From the NCBI GenBank assembly GCA_963842085.1, contig CAWJET010000001.1:1184001-1248000 (forward strand): a DNA stretch of 64,000 nucleotides, in the 5' to 3' direction. The notes below the pieces were generated by a model. That model did no database searches. It saw only the letters and a list, made by a program, of their open reading frames with translations, and was not told the origin of the DNA. Source of the DNA: an uncultured delta proteobacterium. GTDB lineage: Bacteria; Desulfobacterota; Binatia; Binatales; Binataceae. The translations under genes were made by a program, and so were the position numbers. This document shows, piece after piece, positions 41,834-52,050 of this stretch (position 1 is the stretch's first letter; each line of letters starts with the position of its first letter).

Positions 41834-43114
41834 TTAAAATCTCCAGATGACGTTGAGTGCGGCGAAGTTTAGAAGGTTCGTCGAGTAGTGTCCCTGCAGC
41901 GTTTGAGGCAGCAGCGTCTTCGATCCTCTGGTAGCACTATAGGGACCAGGCCCTGCATCCATGAGCTCCCATGAGACGCCGGCTGTTAAGTCACGATTGA
42001 TCTCATATTGGATGCCGGTGCCGTATCGCAGTTGGCGGTCCAGGGGCAGGACTGGATTACGGTTCGCTCTCGAGACCGGCGAACTGTCATACGCAAATCC
42101 TGCGGACCACAGCCACTTCTCACCGATCTGCAACTGCTGTCCGATGGCGACGTGGCAGGTGTCCGAGAAATGCAGATTCGCCTCGACGGTGTGTTGATTC
42201 TTAGCCGAGATTCCGACCGGGAACTCTCCGAAAGCCGACCAATTCTGCCATCCCACGTCACTCATCAGACTCCACTTGGGCAAGACCTCGTAGAGGCCAC
42301 TCAACATCACCTGCTGCGGCTCGGTCAAAGGCACATTGAATTTTGTCCCGCCGATTCTTTGCCGAAGACGGCTGAGGATCGGACCGAGACCTGTAACGTG
42401 CGGGCGAAAGCCGAACTTGTAGTCTTCGGGCGACTGATAGGTGAGTCCTATGCGAAGCTTGGAAATTGGCCTGAGCAGAATGCCGACCTTAGATCCAAAC
42501 GCTTCATCCCATGACTCGAACGAGTAGCCGCCATCCTGCGCGCTCGGAAGAGGGTTATTAATCTTCGACTGAAAGGTGAGGCGCCCGACCCCAAAGCTGA
42601 AGCCCGCTCCCACTGAGAACCAGTCATTTACGTCGTAGGCAAGTGACGGGTTGATTTTGCCGGTGATTAGTGAGGCCGAGGTTATGAAATAGCGTCCGAC
42701 CCAGCTTTTGCCGTAGTCGCCGTTAAGACCGTAGTCTGAATAGACCGCGACGCCGAACCGCAGTCGCTCGGACAGCTTGTTCACGTAGAAGAACGAGCCA
42801 ATTGGGAAAAATACACCAGCGTTGCCGCCGCCACCGCCTTTAATCGTCGTTTGTGAGGCAACGTCGAAATTGGTCGAAGGGAGGAGTACACCCGGTGAAG
42901 TCATCAATTGCGAACGGTCGAGTAGCGTCATCCCGGCAGGATTCTTGGCTGCGGTCGAGGCGTCTTCCGCCAAAGCGGCTTGTCCGGCGCTCGCCGTACC
43001 GATATCTCCGATTTCATAAAGCTCCAGCGCAGCGCCTCGCGCGGAGGCGACAAATGCAAGTAGGACGAGCGTCGCAAGAGAAGCTGCTCTCCGAACCTCG
43101 GCTAGTATGTGCAC
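41834..43114 (-). CDS. OmpP1/FadL family outer membrane transporter
   Basis: ASAGQAALAEDAS..NPAGMT; C-terminal Phe. Confidence 0.85.
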   Translation of the reverse strand: MHILAEVRRAASLATLVLLAFVASARGAALELYEIGDIGTASAGQAALAEDASTAAKNPAGMTLLDRSQLMTSPGVLLPSTNFDVASQTTIKGGGGGNAGVFFPIGSFFYVNKLSERLRFGVAVYSDYGLNGDYGKSWVGRYFITSASLITGKINPSLAYDVNDWFSVGAGFSFGVGRLTFQSKINNPLPSAQDGGYSFESWDEAFGSKVGILLRPISKLRIGLTYQSPEDYKFGFRPHVTGLGPILSRLRQRIGGTKFNVPLTEPQQVMLSGLYEVLPKWSLMSDVGWQNWSAFGEFPVGISAKNQHTVEANLHFSDTCHVAIGQQLQIGEKWLWSAGFAYDSSPVSRANRNPVLPLDRQLRYGTGIQYEINRDLTAGVSWELMDAGPGPYSATRGSKTLLPQTLQGHYSTNLLNFAALNVIWRF

Positions 43115-43257
43115 TGTTTCCTCCCCTCTATTTACTCACCGAAACGTCGTGGACTTTAAACGGATAAGCGAAGACTTCGGCGCCGAGGAACTCCGTTACA
43201 TGTTGCCTGCGAGGCGGCACATCCAAACGTTTGAATAACTCCTTTGCAGCTCAATTC

Positions 43258-44223
43258 CTATTGCCCGAAATCGAGAAGATTTCCCTTGATCAGCTTCGGT
43301 ATTACTGGCGCTATTACGACCTGAATATCCCACTTCTGTCCGAACGCGTCGGGATGTACTGGCATATACTGAGGCTGAACGACAATCCTTATCGGCAGCC
43401 GGCCCAGTTTAATCACTTTGGCAACACTCACTCCGATCGGGAACGTGACCATATTACCGCTCTTGTTTGCGTACCAGTTGACCAACATGCTGGGCGACGT
43501 GCCCACGCTCCATCCGTTGGGCAGAAAGTATGACGCGAAATACTGCATGTTCAGCTGGCTTACGGTGTTCGCGCCCGGACCACCGACTGACCACCACTGC
43601 TGCGGGAACACGCCAGCTATAAACTTATCTCCCAGGTAGCCAACTACGCCTGCCGGTCCTATCTGCCATTTATTCTGCCCGAGCCGGGAGTTGGTAGCGG
43701 TTGGGAAAATGAAAGTAGGTCCTGCAGCCAGCAGCCAACGACCTACCAGGTTCTCGGTGGGCGACAACATCGTGACAAAGACAGTATCGCCGAAGCCTGT
43801 TACTCTATGGATATTGCCGCTCTGTGTGTTTATGTACGGGGTTGAGTTCAGCACCGGTATTACAGGCCGATTGATCAAATTCCAGTTGTCGGTCAAAGAC
43901 ACCGGCAACACCGGCTGAAACTGCAGATTGATGACGTTTCGATCGGCATGTCCGGTAGGCATGTTGACCCAATAGGTGTTCTCCTGGAGGGTTATCGACC
44001 AGATGCTGGAAATAGGGTTGGTAAGTTCCTTATTGACCTCAGTCAGAGATTTCTTGTCATCGGGTAGCTTCGACTCATCGATCGGTGGCGGTGCGAGTGC
44101 GCTTGAAGCAGGACTAGTCTGCGCGAAGCTCGAAGCGACAACGAATAGAGTTAAAGCACACGCGACGGCGGAAGCTTCGACCGCTCTTCCGACCCGATTT
44201 AACATAGCGGCTCTACGATTCAT
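43258..44223 (-). CDS. Putative outer-membrane beta-barrel protein (paralog 2, more distant)
   Basis: NKELTNPIS, FQPVLP, GFGDT, GPTFIFPTA..LGQNKWQIGP. Confidence 0.7.
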   Translation of the reverse strand: MNRRAAMLNRVGRAVEASAVACALTLFVVASSFAQTSPASSALAPPPIDESKLPDDKKSLTEVNKELTNPISSIWSITLQENTYWVNMPTGHADRNVINLQFQPVLPVSLTDNWNLINRPVIPVLNSTPYINTQSGNIHRVTGFGDTVFVTMLSPTENLVGRWLLAAGPTFIFPTATNSRLGQNKWQIGPAGVVGYLGDKFIAGVFPQQWWSVGGPGANTVSQLNMQYFASYFLPNGWSVGTSPSMLVNWYANKSGNMVTFPIGVSVAKVIKLGRLPIRIVVQPQYMPVHPDAFGQKWDIQVVIAPVIPKLIKGNLLDFGQ

Positions 44224-44275
44224 TGCATCCTCCCCCGCTCGTCTCGACTTTTATAGGATTCCACTGCTCCGCCAC

Positions 44276-44294
44276 AATTGGACTTTGGTCCGAT
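44276..44294. promoter_or_regulatory. TGGAC-box locus 2
   Basis: AATTGGACTTTGGTCCGAT about 50 bp upstream of start 44223. Confidence 0.7.
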
Positions 44295-44323
44295 CCCTCC
44301 CTCAAAAGAGAATTGGTTCCTCC

Positions 44324-45229
44324 TCATAGCTCCACTTGCGGCAAAAGCAGACTTACTCCAAATCTCAGGGTGAATTGCTCAGTCTGAGGGTCAAACTGCC
44401 GATAGACCATGCATTCGCTGGAGACCGATGTATCGATTGCGTAGCCTTCGCCGAATTTCCAGACTTTCCCAAATCCCGCGCTCAGCGGCATCTCGGTTGA
44501 AGTCTTGTGACGGTAGTTGATTTTCCAAGTCGCGTCGCTCGATTTCAGATACCATCCATGACCTAGCTGATAGGACAGGATTGGTTGTATCTGAAGCGAG
44601 CTGACCGGAACCGAATGCGACGATGAGTAGGCGAACGACGTCGCCTGCTGAAAGAGACCAGCAATTTGCAGGCTCGCAATGCCCCGGTAACCGAAGGCCC
44701 AGGCTGGCCCCATCTGCCAAGCCCCTTTGCCGGTGAACTGACTCGTGGAGGTGGGAAACACGAAATATGGTCCGATTCCCCATCGGAAGCGCGTTTCGTT
44801 CACGTTCGGCCAAGGCATCACAAACAGGTCGAGAAGTTGGAAGTCATCGAGCGCAGTGGTGGTTGACGCGCCTTTGTTGCGAGCAACGGTGACGATTTGA
44901 ATACTCGGCCGGATGAGTTGCTCGAGCGGCGTGAACAATTGTGGGCGTACTGCGAAGAGTGGCCGGAACTGCAGTGTGTTCGGCTGCGCATTCGTACCGA
45001 ACTCCGCCGGCGTGTAAATGTCCTGGATCTTGAACTGAGTCAGACTCGCAGTCGGATCGTTTACCTTCTCGGCCAGGGATTCATCGGCGCTACTCGCAGT
45101 GGTGGTTTGCTGGGCGAGACTGATCGAACACGCCCCCAGTAGGACGAGAAGCGCGGCGCCGGTAACAATAATTCGCCACCGGTGCCGCGTGGTGTGATAA
45201 CAAACGACGCCACGCGTGAGATCTATCAC
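44324..45229 (-). CDS. Putative outer-membrane beta-barrel protein (paralog 3, close to paralog 1)
   Basis: DIYTPAEFGTNAQPN, RWGIGPYFVFPTS, GWYLKSSDATW shared with 30900-31787. Confidence 0.7.
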   Translation of the reverse strand: MIDLTRGVVCYHTTRHRWRIIVTGAALLVLLGACSISLAQQTTTASSADESLAEKVNDPTASLTQFKIQDIYTPAEFGTNAQPNTLQFRPLFAVRPQLFTPLEQLIRPSIQIVTVARNKGASTTTALDDFQLLDLFVMPWPNVNETRFRWGIGPYFVFPTSTSQFTGKGAWQMGPAWAFGYRGIASLQIAGLFQQATSFAYSSSHSVPVSSLQIQPILSYQLGHGWYLKSSDATWKINYRHKTSTEMPLSAGFGKVWKFGEGYAIDTSVSSECMVYRQFDPQTEQFTLRFGVSLLLPQVEL

Positions 45230-45233
45230 GGTC

Positions 45234-45962
45234 CTATTGTCCTGCTGGCGTTCGTCCCTGCAGCTCGAGCAGACGAATCGTAATCCTGTGAACCCAGTAG
45301 TCCATAGCGGCCTTAGCGTCGCCCCACTGCCACTGCACCGCCTGGCTCATCGCCATCCCGCCGGCGCGCTGGTCGATCGCGCCCGCCAAGAACTGATTGG
45401 TCGATCCATCAGTCACCTTCATTTCGGCTTCGGCGGAACCCACGAATGCGTAACTGCCGGTCGCCAGCGACTGGATTGCATTGAGGGCTCGGGCCTGCGG
45501 AATTATCACCGACACCGTCCGTAGCGCCGGGGTCGCGGCGGTCGCGTTGACGATCGCGACTCGCAGCACAAGCACGCCCGGCCCCGGCTGGTCAACCAGC
45601 GTGAAATCCTTGGACAAACCTTCCTTGAGTTGGTTGTAGAAGTAGGCCCCTAGCATCTGTTGATCAGACGCCGACACTGTCGTACTGGCGTCGTCCCAGA
45701 ACTCGACCGGCTCCAGAAGAATCTTATTGTACTGGCTCCACTGTGCATTCGGGTTGACATACACCATTGCGGCCTGGTTCCCGGTGCCGGGTTGCAGCAA
45801 CGATGCATCCTGCCCGAAGAATCCGCTTATCACAGGAGCAGGCTGACCGCCCTCGACCTGCTGCATGACGCCCGGCTTGCTCTCCACCGTTTGCGCGCAT
45901 CCAGACATGAGCAGCCCGCAGAATAGAGCGGCAAGTACAGGCACTACAACTGAGACTTTCAT
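45234..45962 (-). CDS. DUF3313 family lipoprotein
   Basis: MSGC lipobox; SGFFG..LLQPG, YNKILLEPV, PGPGVLVLRVAI. Confidence 0.75.
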   Translation of the reverse strand: MKVSVVVPVLAALFCGLLMSGCAQTVESKPGVMQQVEGGQPAPVISGFFGQDASLLQPGTGNQAAMVYVNPNAQWSQYNKILLEPVEFWDDASTTVSASDQQMLGAYFYNQLKEGLSKDFTLVDQPGPGVLVLRVAIVNATAATPALRTVSVIIPQARALNAIQSLATGSYAFVGSAEAEMKVTDGSTNQFLAGAIDQRAGGMAMSQAVQWQWGDAKAAMDYWVHRITIRLLELQGRTPAGQ

Positions 45963-46077
45963 AGAATGCGACCTCCCGCGATTATCTCGTTTCAGCGACA
46001 AGTCACTTGACTGGCTGCAACTCCGCCGGTCGCAACTCCGCCGACGACCAGTCTGGCGCGTCCAGTACTCGTAAGTA

Positions 46078-46096
46078 AATTGGACCTTGGTCCAAT
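46078..46096. promoter_or_regulatory. TGGAC-box locus 3 (perfect arms)
   Basis: AATTGGACCTTGGTCCAAT upstream of DUF3313. Confidence 0.75.
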
Positions 46097-46282
46097 ACAA
46101 ACTTTCGCTTATATTTCTCTTTTGTTCTTCACCATCCGCGAACTGATAGCGAAGAATTATTGGCTGGAATGCGGTGTTGATCTCCTACTTCCTTTTTTAC
46201 TGAGAAAGAAGTGCGATAGGCAGATGCGGCACCGGCCCTAAGTGCGTATATGAACGCAGACAAGTTGTGGACGAGCAAATCG

Positions 46283-46939
46283 CTACTCTGACAACTTGGC
46301 TTTTGCCCTTGAGAAGTCGTCGCCGACCGGACGAACACCAAGACGCTCCGCCATTGCCACGAGACTGGCAAGCGAATCCGCCCGCATCTTTTCCATCACT
46401 CGCGCTCGATGAACCTTGATCGTCTTCTCGCCGGTTCCTAGCTCGTGACCGATCTGCTTATTGAGCAAACCACCGGTCACGAGAGCTAACACTTGCCGCT
46501 CGCGGGGAGTGAGAAGCTCGTATCGACGACGAAGTTCTTCAAGTTCAGCGTACGAGATTCTCTGTTTGCGGCTGCGTTCGGCGGAACGTCGAATCGCCGC
46601 GATCAGGTCTTTGTCATCGACTGGCTTCTCCAGGAAGTCCACTGCGCCAGACTGAATTGCCTTGACGGTCATCGGGATGTCACCGTGACCTGTTATGAAT
46701 ACAACTGACAGATACGGCAGAGTCTTCGCCAACGTCTCCTGAAGTTCGAAGCCGTCTACGTCAGGCATTCGCACATCGCTGACAGCACAATCGAACTGAT
46801 CGCGCTTGCTGTTTCCGAGAAACTCGCGTGCCGATGAAAAAGAAACTACTTGGATGCCGGCCGACTTGATCAGTCGTGCTAATGAGGTGCGCGCTGATTC
46901 GTCATCATCTATTAGTGCGACTTTGATCGAAGCAGGCAT
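46283..46939 (-). CDS. FixJ/TodT/NodW-type response regulator (REC plus LuxR HTH)
   Basis: IDDD, SDVRMP, ITGHGDIPM, FLEKP, LTPREREQ-like helix, GLLNKQIG..TIKVHRARVMEK. Confidence 0.93.
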   Translation of the reverse strand: MPASIKVALIDDDESARTSLARLIKSAGIQVVSFSSAREFLGNSKRDQFDCAVSDVRMPDVDGFELQETLAKTLPYLSVVFITGHGDIPMTVKAIQSGAVDFLEKPVDDKDLIAAIRRSAERSRKQRISYAELEELRRRYELLTPRERQVLALVTGGLLNKQIGHELGTGEKTIKVHRARVMEKMRADSLASLVAMAERLGVRPVGDDFSRAKAKLSE

Positions 46940-46954
46940 CGTACCCGACTCGAA

Positions 46955-48289
46955 TCAGGCGTGACTTCCGATACTCGGTCCAGTCGGTAACGTGAACTCA
47001 AGCGTTGCGCCACGGTCCGTATTCTGCGTCGCCCAGACCCGGCCACCGTGGTTCTCGACGATTGAACGAACGATGGCGAGCCCCATTCCCATTCCGGTCG
47101 ACTTGGTCGTGAAGAAGGGGTCGAACAGACGAGTCATAACTTTGGGGTCAATGCCCTTGCCCGAATCCCGGACCGAGATATGCATATGGCCAGGTTCGTT
47201 GAGACCGGCACAAATGACGACGTCGCGCGCCCCCCCGGCCTCGCACACAGAATCGAATGCGTTGAGGACCAAATTCAAAACGGCTTGCGTCAATTCGGTC
47301 TTGTTCCCCAGCACCGTTGGCAGCGAGTCGGGCACTTCGATCGACAAAGAGATGTCTTTCATTCTCGCGTCGGCGCTCACGATGCGATTGACGTCCAGCA
47401 GGAGCTCTCTGACATCGACGGGAGATGTTTTCGCTTCACCTCGTCGAAAAGTCGCGCGAACATTTCGGACGATTTCGACCGCTCTGGCATCGTCGCGGAT
47501 GATATCGTCCAGCGCGCTATCGACTTCGGTCAGATCTGGAGTTTTGGAAGCGAGGAGTCGCCGCGCGGCCCTCGCATTGTTCAGGATTGCGCCGAGCGGT
47601 TGATTCAACTCGTGCGCCAGCGAGGCGGTCAGCTCTCCCATCGTCACAACTTGTGAAACCTGACGCAATTCCTCCTCCAGGAGGCGATGTTCCGCGAAGG
47701 CGAGCTTTCGCTCGAGGGCGTTTCCAACGATCTCGGCGACCAGTTTCAGACGCTGGACCTCTTTCTGAGTCCACGCTCTTTCCGCCCAACTGGTGAACGA
47801 CATAGAGCCGACGACCGCTCCGCTGATCTTCAATGGGATGCTCACGTGAGCCTTGATACCATGAAGACGCGCTGTGGCCACGTCGTCGGAGGCTTCAGGT
47901 GGAAGTTCTTCAACGTGCGAGAATATGACAATTTCACCAGCGAGGACCTTGGCGGCGAGCCAAGGAAACGACTGAGTGCTGTTAACCCTCGTCCCCAAGA
48001 ACGGTGTCGTACTTCCGTTTCGCGCCGCCTGATGCGTGATGTACAAAGCACCGTCGACCGGGTCCAGTTGCGTCACTATGCCCCGATCGACCTGCATCGA
48101 AAGCACGATCGCTTGAAGCCATCGCTCTATTTCGCCATCGATCTCCTCGACCGATACGCGGATGAAGGTGGAGGATAAATCCCCCAGCAGCTTCTCGAAA
48201 TCTACGACTTCCGGGTTCGGAGCGGCGTATGCGGGTGAATCGGTCTCTGTCGTACAGACTTCTTCTGCTCTCTCGAAGCGATTAACCAT
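46955..48289 (-). CDS. Cytoplasmic GAF-domain sensor histidine kinase
   Basis: AHELNQPL H-box, [27 protein letters not shown]; N-terminal GAF; no TM segment. Confidence 0.9.
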   Translation of the reverse strand: MVNRFERAEEVCTTETDSPAYAAPNPEVVDFEKLLGDLSSTFIRVSVEEIDGEIERWLQAIVLSMQVDRGIVTQLDPVDGALYITHQAARNGSTTPFLGTRVNSTQSFPWLAAKVLAGEIVIFSHVEELPPEASDDVATARLHGIKAHVSIPLKISGAVVGSMSFTSWAERAWTQKEVQRLKLVAEIVGNALERKLAFAEHRLLEEELRQVSQVVTMGELTASLAHELNQPLGAILNNARAARRLLASKTPDLTEVDSALDDIIRDDARAVEIVRNVRATFRRGEAKTSPVDVRELLLDVNRIVSADARMKDISLSIEVPDSLPTVLGNKTELTQAVLNLVLNAFDSVCEAGGARDVVICAGLNEPGHMHISVRDSGKGIDPKVMTRLFDPFFTTKSTGMGMGLAIVRSIVENHGGRVWATQNTDRGATLEFTLPTGPSIGSHA

Positions 48290-48377
48290 AGGGTTCAGCG
48301 CCGCCTCGATGCGCGGTCTACCGAGCGGGCATCCTTCGTGTTGGCTTCACTGGCTCTTATACGCCAGATCCACTTCT

Positions 48378-48851
48378 TCAGGAAAGAGCGAGAGCACGGG
48401 CAATTGCCCCGAGCAGCGGCTCCTCGTCGAATGGCTTGAACAGGACTGCCACCGCGTCCGACTGCGCGGCCAGCGAGCGAATCCGGGCGTCGGTTCGTCC
48501 GGTTATTAGTATGGTGGGCAGGCCGTGTCCTGAACCTTTCAGAACCTCACACATCTCGATTCCGTTCATTTCAGGCATGTCGATGTCGACGACCATGCAG
48601 GCGTTAGATCTCGGTGTCTCGCTTGCGAGTAATTCAGACGGACCATTGAACGTCTGGACTAGAAAACCAGAAGCAGAAATCAGCCTCTTCAACGAGCGAA
48701 GGACGGAAGGATCATCATCCACCACCAGCACGGTTGCCGCGATCGTTGTGTCGGTCACTTCTGTCTCTGGAGCGATTGGCTCGGCACGTTTGCGCGCTCG
48801 CTCAGGGGGGACCGCGGCCCCCTTCCTGGCCATACTTGTTGCAATTTTCAT
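48378..48851 (-). CDS. Single-domain response regulator
   Basis: VVDDD, VDIDMPEMNG, ILITG, FKPF. Confidence 0.88.
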   Translation of the reverse strand: MKIATSMARKGAAVPPERARKRAEPIAPETEVTDTTIAATVLVVDDDPSVLRSLKRLISASGFLVQTFNGPSELLASETPRSNACMVVDIDMPEMNGIEMCEVLKGSGHGLPTILITGRTDARIRSLAAQSDAVAVLFKPFDEEPLLGAIARALALS

Positions 48852-48946
48852 TTCAGATTCATCTGCGGCCTTCTCTTGATACGCGGAGCGGTAATCTTGG
48901 ACGCTGGCTCCCGCCTCTATTCTGTTACGAACGTGTGAATCAGAGC

Positions 48947-48965
48947 AATTGGACCAAAGTCCAAT
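48947..48965. promoter_or_regulatory. TGGAC-box locus 4 (perfect arms)
   Basis: AATTGGACCAAAGTCCAAT upstream of the two-component cluster. Confidence 0.75.
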
Positions 48966-49051
48966 ATGGCCGATTCTCCACGAAGTCTCGTGTCAGGGCT
49001 GGGACCTCGCGACTTCGGCAATCGAGGTAACAGGAAAGTGCGCCTCCAACT

Positions 49052-49840
49052 CTATTGCGACGGTACTCCGCCTGCCGATGAGTGAACTTCACCGCCATCC
49101 GCAATGGCGTGGACGGCGGCCGCTCGGGGGAGACTGACGGCCGCCGTCTCGCCAGTGGCAACCTTGCTTGAGTTGCCCAAGATCTCCAGATTCTTACGCG
49201 CGGGCTCATAGTCCGGCACGTCGCGTACGAGATCACGCCATACGAGCGACGCGCTGGCAGTCTTTCCCTCCTGAGCGTAGATAACACCTAGCAGGTTGCT
49301 TGCGTCCGGTTGCTCAGCATTCAAGCGCAGCGCGGCCAGTGTCTCGTGCTCTGCATCGGTCAGCATTCCACGCTGTGCCTCGACGAGGGCAAGATTGAAA
49401 TGTGATTCGGAGTGTTCGCCACCGAGAAAAACCGCGTGTCGCAAACTATCCGTCGCGACGTCCAGGTCGCCATTTTCGAGCTGAGCCAGCCCTAGGTTCA
49501 GGAATAAATCCCAATTCATCAGTCCAAGCGCAGCCGCGCGCTGATACTCACTGACTTCCGCGGTCCTGTCGCCGACCATTCCCAGGGCAAAACCCAGATG
49601 GTAATGAGCGAGCGCGTTGTCCGGATGCTTGCGCACGATTTCCACGTGACGACGAATCGCCTCTGAGTAGTCTTCGATGCCAAGGGAGTAATCAGCGCCG
49701 ACATCGCAGACTTGCTGCTCAGCTCCACCCGCGAATACGAAGTTCGGGATCCACACTGAGAGCAGCAGCATCGTTGCCGTAATTGTTACCAGCGCGATAG
49801 TTCGCACCTTCCGCTCCTCGGCTGACTTGCCACTCGACAT
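49052..49840 (-). CDS. Exported TPR-repeat protein
   Basis: N-terminal TM; AHYHLGFAL, FLNLGLA, SHFNLAL, NLLGVIYA. Confidence 0.8.
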   Translation of the reverse strand: MSSGKSAEERKVRTIALVTITATMLLLSVWIPNFVFAGGAEQQVCDVGADYSLGIEDYSEAIRRHVEIVRKHPDNALAHYHLGFALGMVGDRTAEVSEYQRAAALGLMNWDLFLNLGLAQLENGDLDVATDSLRHAVFLGGEHSESHFNLALVEAQRGMLTDAEHETLAALRLNAEQPDASNLLGVIYAQEGKTASASLVWRDLVRDVPDYEPARKNLEILGNSSKVATGETAAVSLPRAAAVHAIADGGEVHSSAGGVPSQ

Positions 49841-49864
49841 TGCGCCTAATCGAGGGTGTCGTCT

Positions 49865-49914
49865 ATTGGACGTTGGTCTAATGTACTTAAGTCCATTGGA
49901 CTAAGGTCCAATTG
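49865..49914. promoter_or_regulatory. TGGAC-box locus 5, three units at 15-bp period
   Basis: ATTGGACGTTGGTCT AATGTACTTAAGTCC ATTGGACTAAGGTCC AATTG between divergent genes. Confidence 0.75.
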
Positions 49915-50038
49915 CGTGAGTTAAGCTCGTGGCGCAAACTCGGCGCATAAAACGCTCCTGCAATCGAGAGCGCTGGGCTGACTGACTCTTCCCGCAACCG
50001 GGTGTTCAAGCGCAAGCAGGGAGGAGGGAGTACAACAA

Positions 50039-50479
50039 ATGAAAAACAGGCTGCAACTTCTGGCGATCGCCGCCGCAATCACTGTTGCAGGATGCTCTGA
50101 GTCCGCGATCAAGCCTCAAGCGCGCTGCGAACTTATGACCGCGCAGATGTGTTCGCGCGCCGCGGAGTCGCAATTGCGCGATGGCACTCTTGCCGTCAGC
50201 TACATATTTCAGCCAGAGGATGCGCGGGTAGTTCCATTTGTTGTACCTGTATTTGAGAAAAACGGTACCTTGGCTGCGGAAGTAGATTGCTACGCCAGCA
50301 CCGATACTCATACTTATTCGATAGTCCGATCAAACCTCGCGATTCCGCCAGCATCTCAGGAATCGGTCGACTTTCTTAGAAATCAACACTTATGCTCCGA
50401 CAGCGGATCGTACGCCGACGATAGAGACCCACTTGTCGAGACGGCATCAACTCTGCCACTAGCCTCACAACGAAAATAA
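50039..50479 (+). CDS. Hypothetical lipoprotein with 4 further Cys
   Basis: VAGC lipobox; GGAG RBS. Confidence 0.65.
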   Translation: MKNRLQLLAIAAAITVAGCSESAIKPQARCELMTAQMCSRAAESQLRDGTLAVSYIFQPEDARVVPFVVPVFEKNGTLAAEVDCYASTDTHTYSIVRSNLAIPPASQESVDFLRNQHLCSDSGSYADDRDPLVETASTLPLASQRK

Positions 50480-50534
50480 TGGTTCTCGGGCCAACCACAT
50501 GTTTCAGCACCATACCAGTACACAGGAGAACGCG

Positions 50535-50882
50535 ATGCCGATTCGATACGCCTTGATCGGGCTCATCGCTCTACTCACGGTTTCGGGGTGCGCTCCCAGT
50601 CAGCAACAAATGCTTAATAACTCCCAGGCGATGGCCGTCCAAACGGCCGTCAACCGCGGACAGTTCGACCTGCAATGCCGTTCCGCAACGGGAACAGCCA
50701 TTTCCCGTGGAGTCGTCCAACCTGCATTGCAAGGTCCTTGGGTGAACGGGATCCAACCTGCCGAATTCACCGTAGGCGTCGAGGGTTGCCGTAGGCGCAA
50801 GAGCTATATCGTCGTGTGCCCTGAGGGTGGCGGCGGGTGCTTTGCGGCTGGTCCCGGACCGTTTTATCCAGACTGGCAATAG
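50535..50882 (+). CDS. Hypothetical lipoprotein with 4 further Cys
   Basis: VSGC lipobox; RGQFDLQC, VGVEGC, VVCP..GCFA. Confidence 0.7.
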   Translation: MPIRYALIGLIALLTVSGCAPSQQQMLNNSQAMAVQTAVNRGQFDLQCRSATGTAISRGVVQPALQGPWVNGIQPAEFTVGVEGCRRRKSYIVVCPEGGGGCFAAGPGPFYPDWQ

Positions 50883-50961
50883 CAGCGGAAGGCTACTGCT
50901 GAGCGTTGACGGAGCACCTCAGGGCATTGAAATCCGGCGAAAAATGGGAGAAGGGACCTAA

Positions 50962-51723
50962 ATGAGAACGCTCAGGATTGTAACTCTCGGCCTCGTGCTG
51001 CTTGCCTCGGGATCGGCTCGCGCCCAGGGCGTCGTACTGCCGCTGCCGCCCCAGGACCAGCAAAGGATAACCGCACAGCTCGGACCGGGTGTCGTGGGCA
51101 TCGCATTACCCAGCCAGCCAATCAGCGATCCCAGCGTCTTCTTTCCACTTCAAGCCAAAGCGCTGACCTACCAGGTCATGGCCGGCCCAAATGCCGGCAA
51201 CACTCAGTCTCTGGGACTCTTCAAGACACGGCGTCCAAGCGGGGCGTCTGCATGGCGGTTTCAATTATCGCCGTCGCTCGCTGGGTTCCTTCGTCAGAGC
51301 GCGGAGGGCGATATCATAATGCCTGCCGTGAGCGATGCCGGCGAGGGTGTGGTTGTGGTCACTACGCCTCCTAATCCATTCGTGCCCAAGGGCATGCAGC
51401 CGGGCGAGACGCGGACCTACTCGCAGCGAGTCTCGGTAAATTACCTGGACGATCCATCGGACCAGAAATATTCCGGCTCGGTCACCGGAACTTATACTTA
51501 TGTCGGCACCTATCAAGTCACTGTGCCCGCGGGTACGTTCCCGGCGGTGCTGTTTCGCGTTCATTGTGATGGCAAGGTCGGGCCTGCTCACACGGTTAAC
51601 ACTGGCTACAACTTTTTTGCGCCGGGCGTCGGCATGGTCGCCATGATCTTGCAAGAAGACGTGACGGCTTTCTGGATCTTCAACATCGATAGCACCACCG
51701 GCAAGGTGCTGATGTCGAATTGA
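50962..51723 (+). CDS. Hypothetical exported protein
   Basis: Signal peptide ending ARA; VTVPAGTF and FAPGVGMV motifs. Confidence 0.65.
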   Translation: MRTLRIVTLGLVLLASGSARAQGVVLPLPPQDQQRITAQLGPGVVGIALPSQPISDPSVFFPLQAKALTYQVMAGPNAGNTQSLGLFKTRRPSGASAWRFQLSPSLAGFLRQSAEGDIIMPAVSDAGEGVVVVTTPPNPFVPKGMQPGETRTYSQRVSVNYLDDPSDQKYSGSVTGTYTYVGTYQVTVPAGTFPAVLFRVHCDGKVGPAHTVNTGYNFFAPGVGMVAMILQEDVTAFWIFNIDSTTGKVLMSN

Positions 51724-52050
51724 AATGAGGGCGAACAGTCTGCACAAGAACAAAACTGCATCGAAAATCTGTTCAGCCGAGATGCGAGATGGCGCGGCGG
51801 GTGCGGATTTGGCAGGGGAGGCGAAATGATCATGAGATGGACCGCGGCTGGAGTTCTGGAAAGCCGAGCTCAACTTCCGCAAGGTCGCCGGCTTTGGCGC
51901 GCTCGAGAGGCTCGACACCGCCCTGCGCGCTCATGATGCCGCGATCAATCCAGGAGTTGATAATCGAAGGCAGGCCAACTAAATTATCCAGCCGCTACTC
52001 AATTCCAACAGCGAATGGGACATCGCCCACGATTGAGGGCGCTACGTATT

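Noticed and set aside
30795-43170. Extra operator half-sites (GGTCCATT near 30804, TGGACTTT near 43150)
   Set aside because: Only one arm matches; cannot be distinguished from chance
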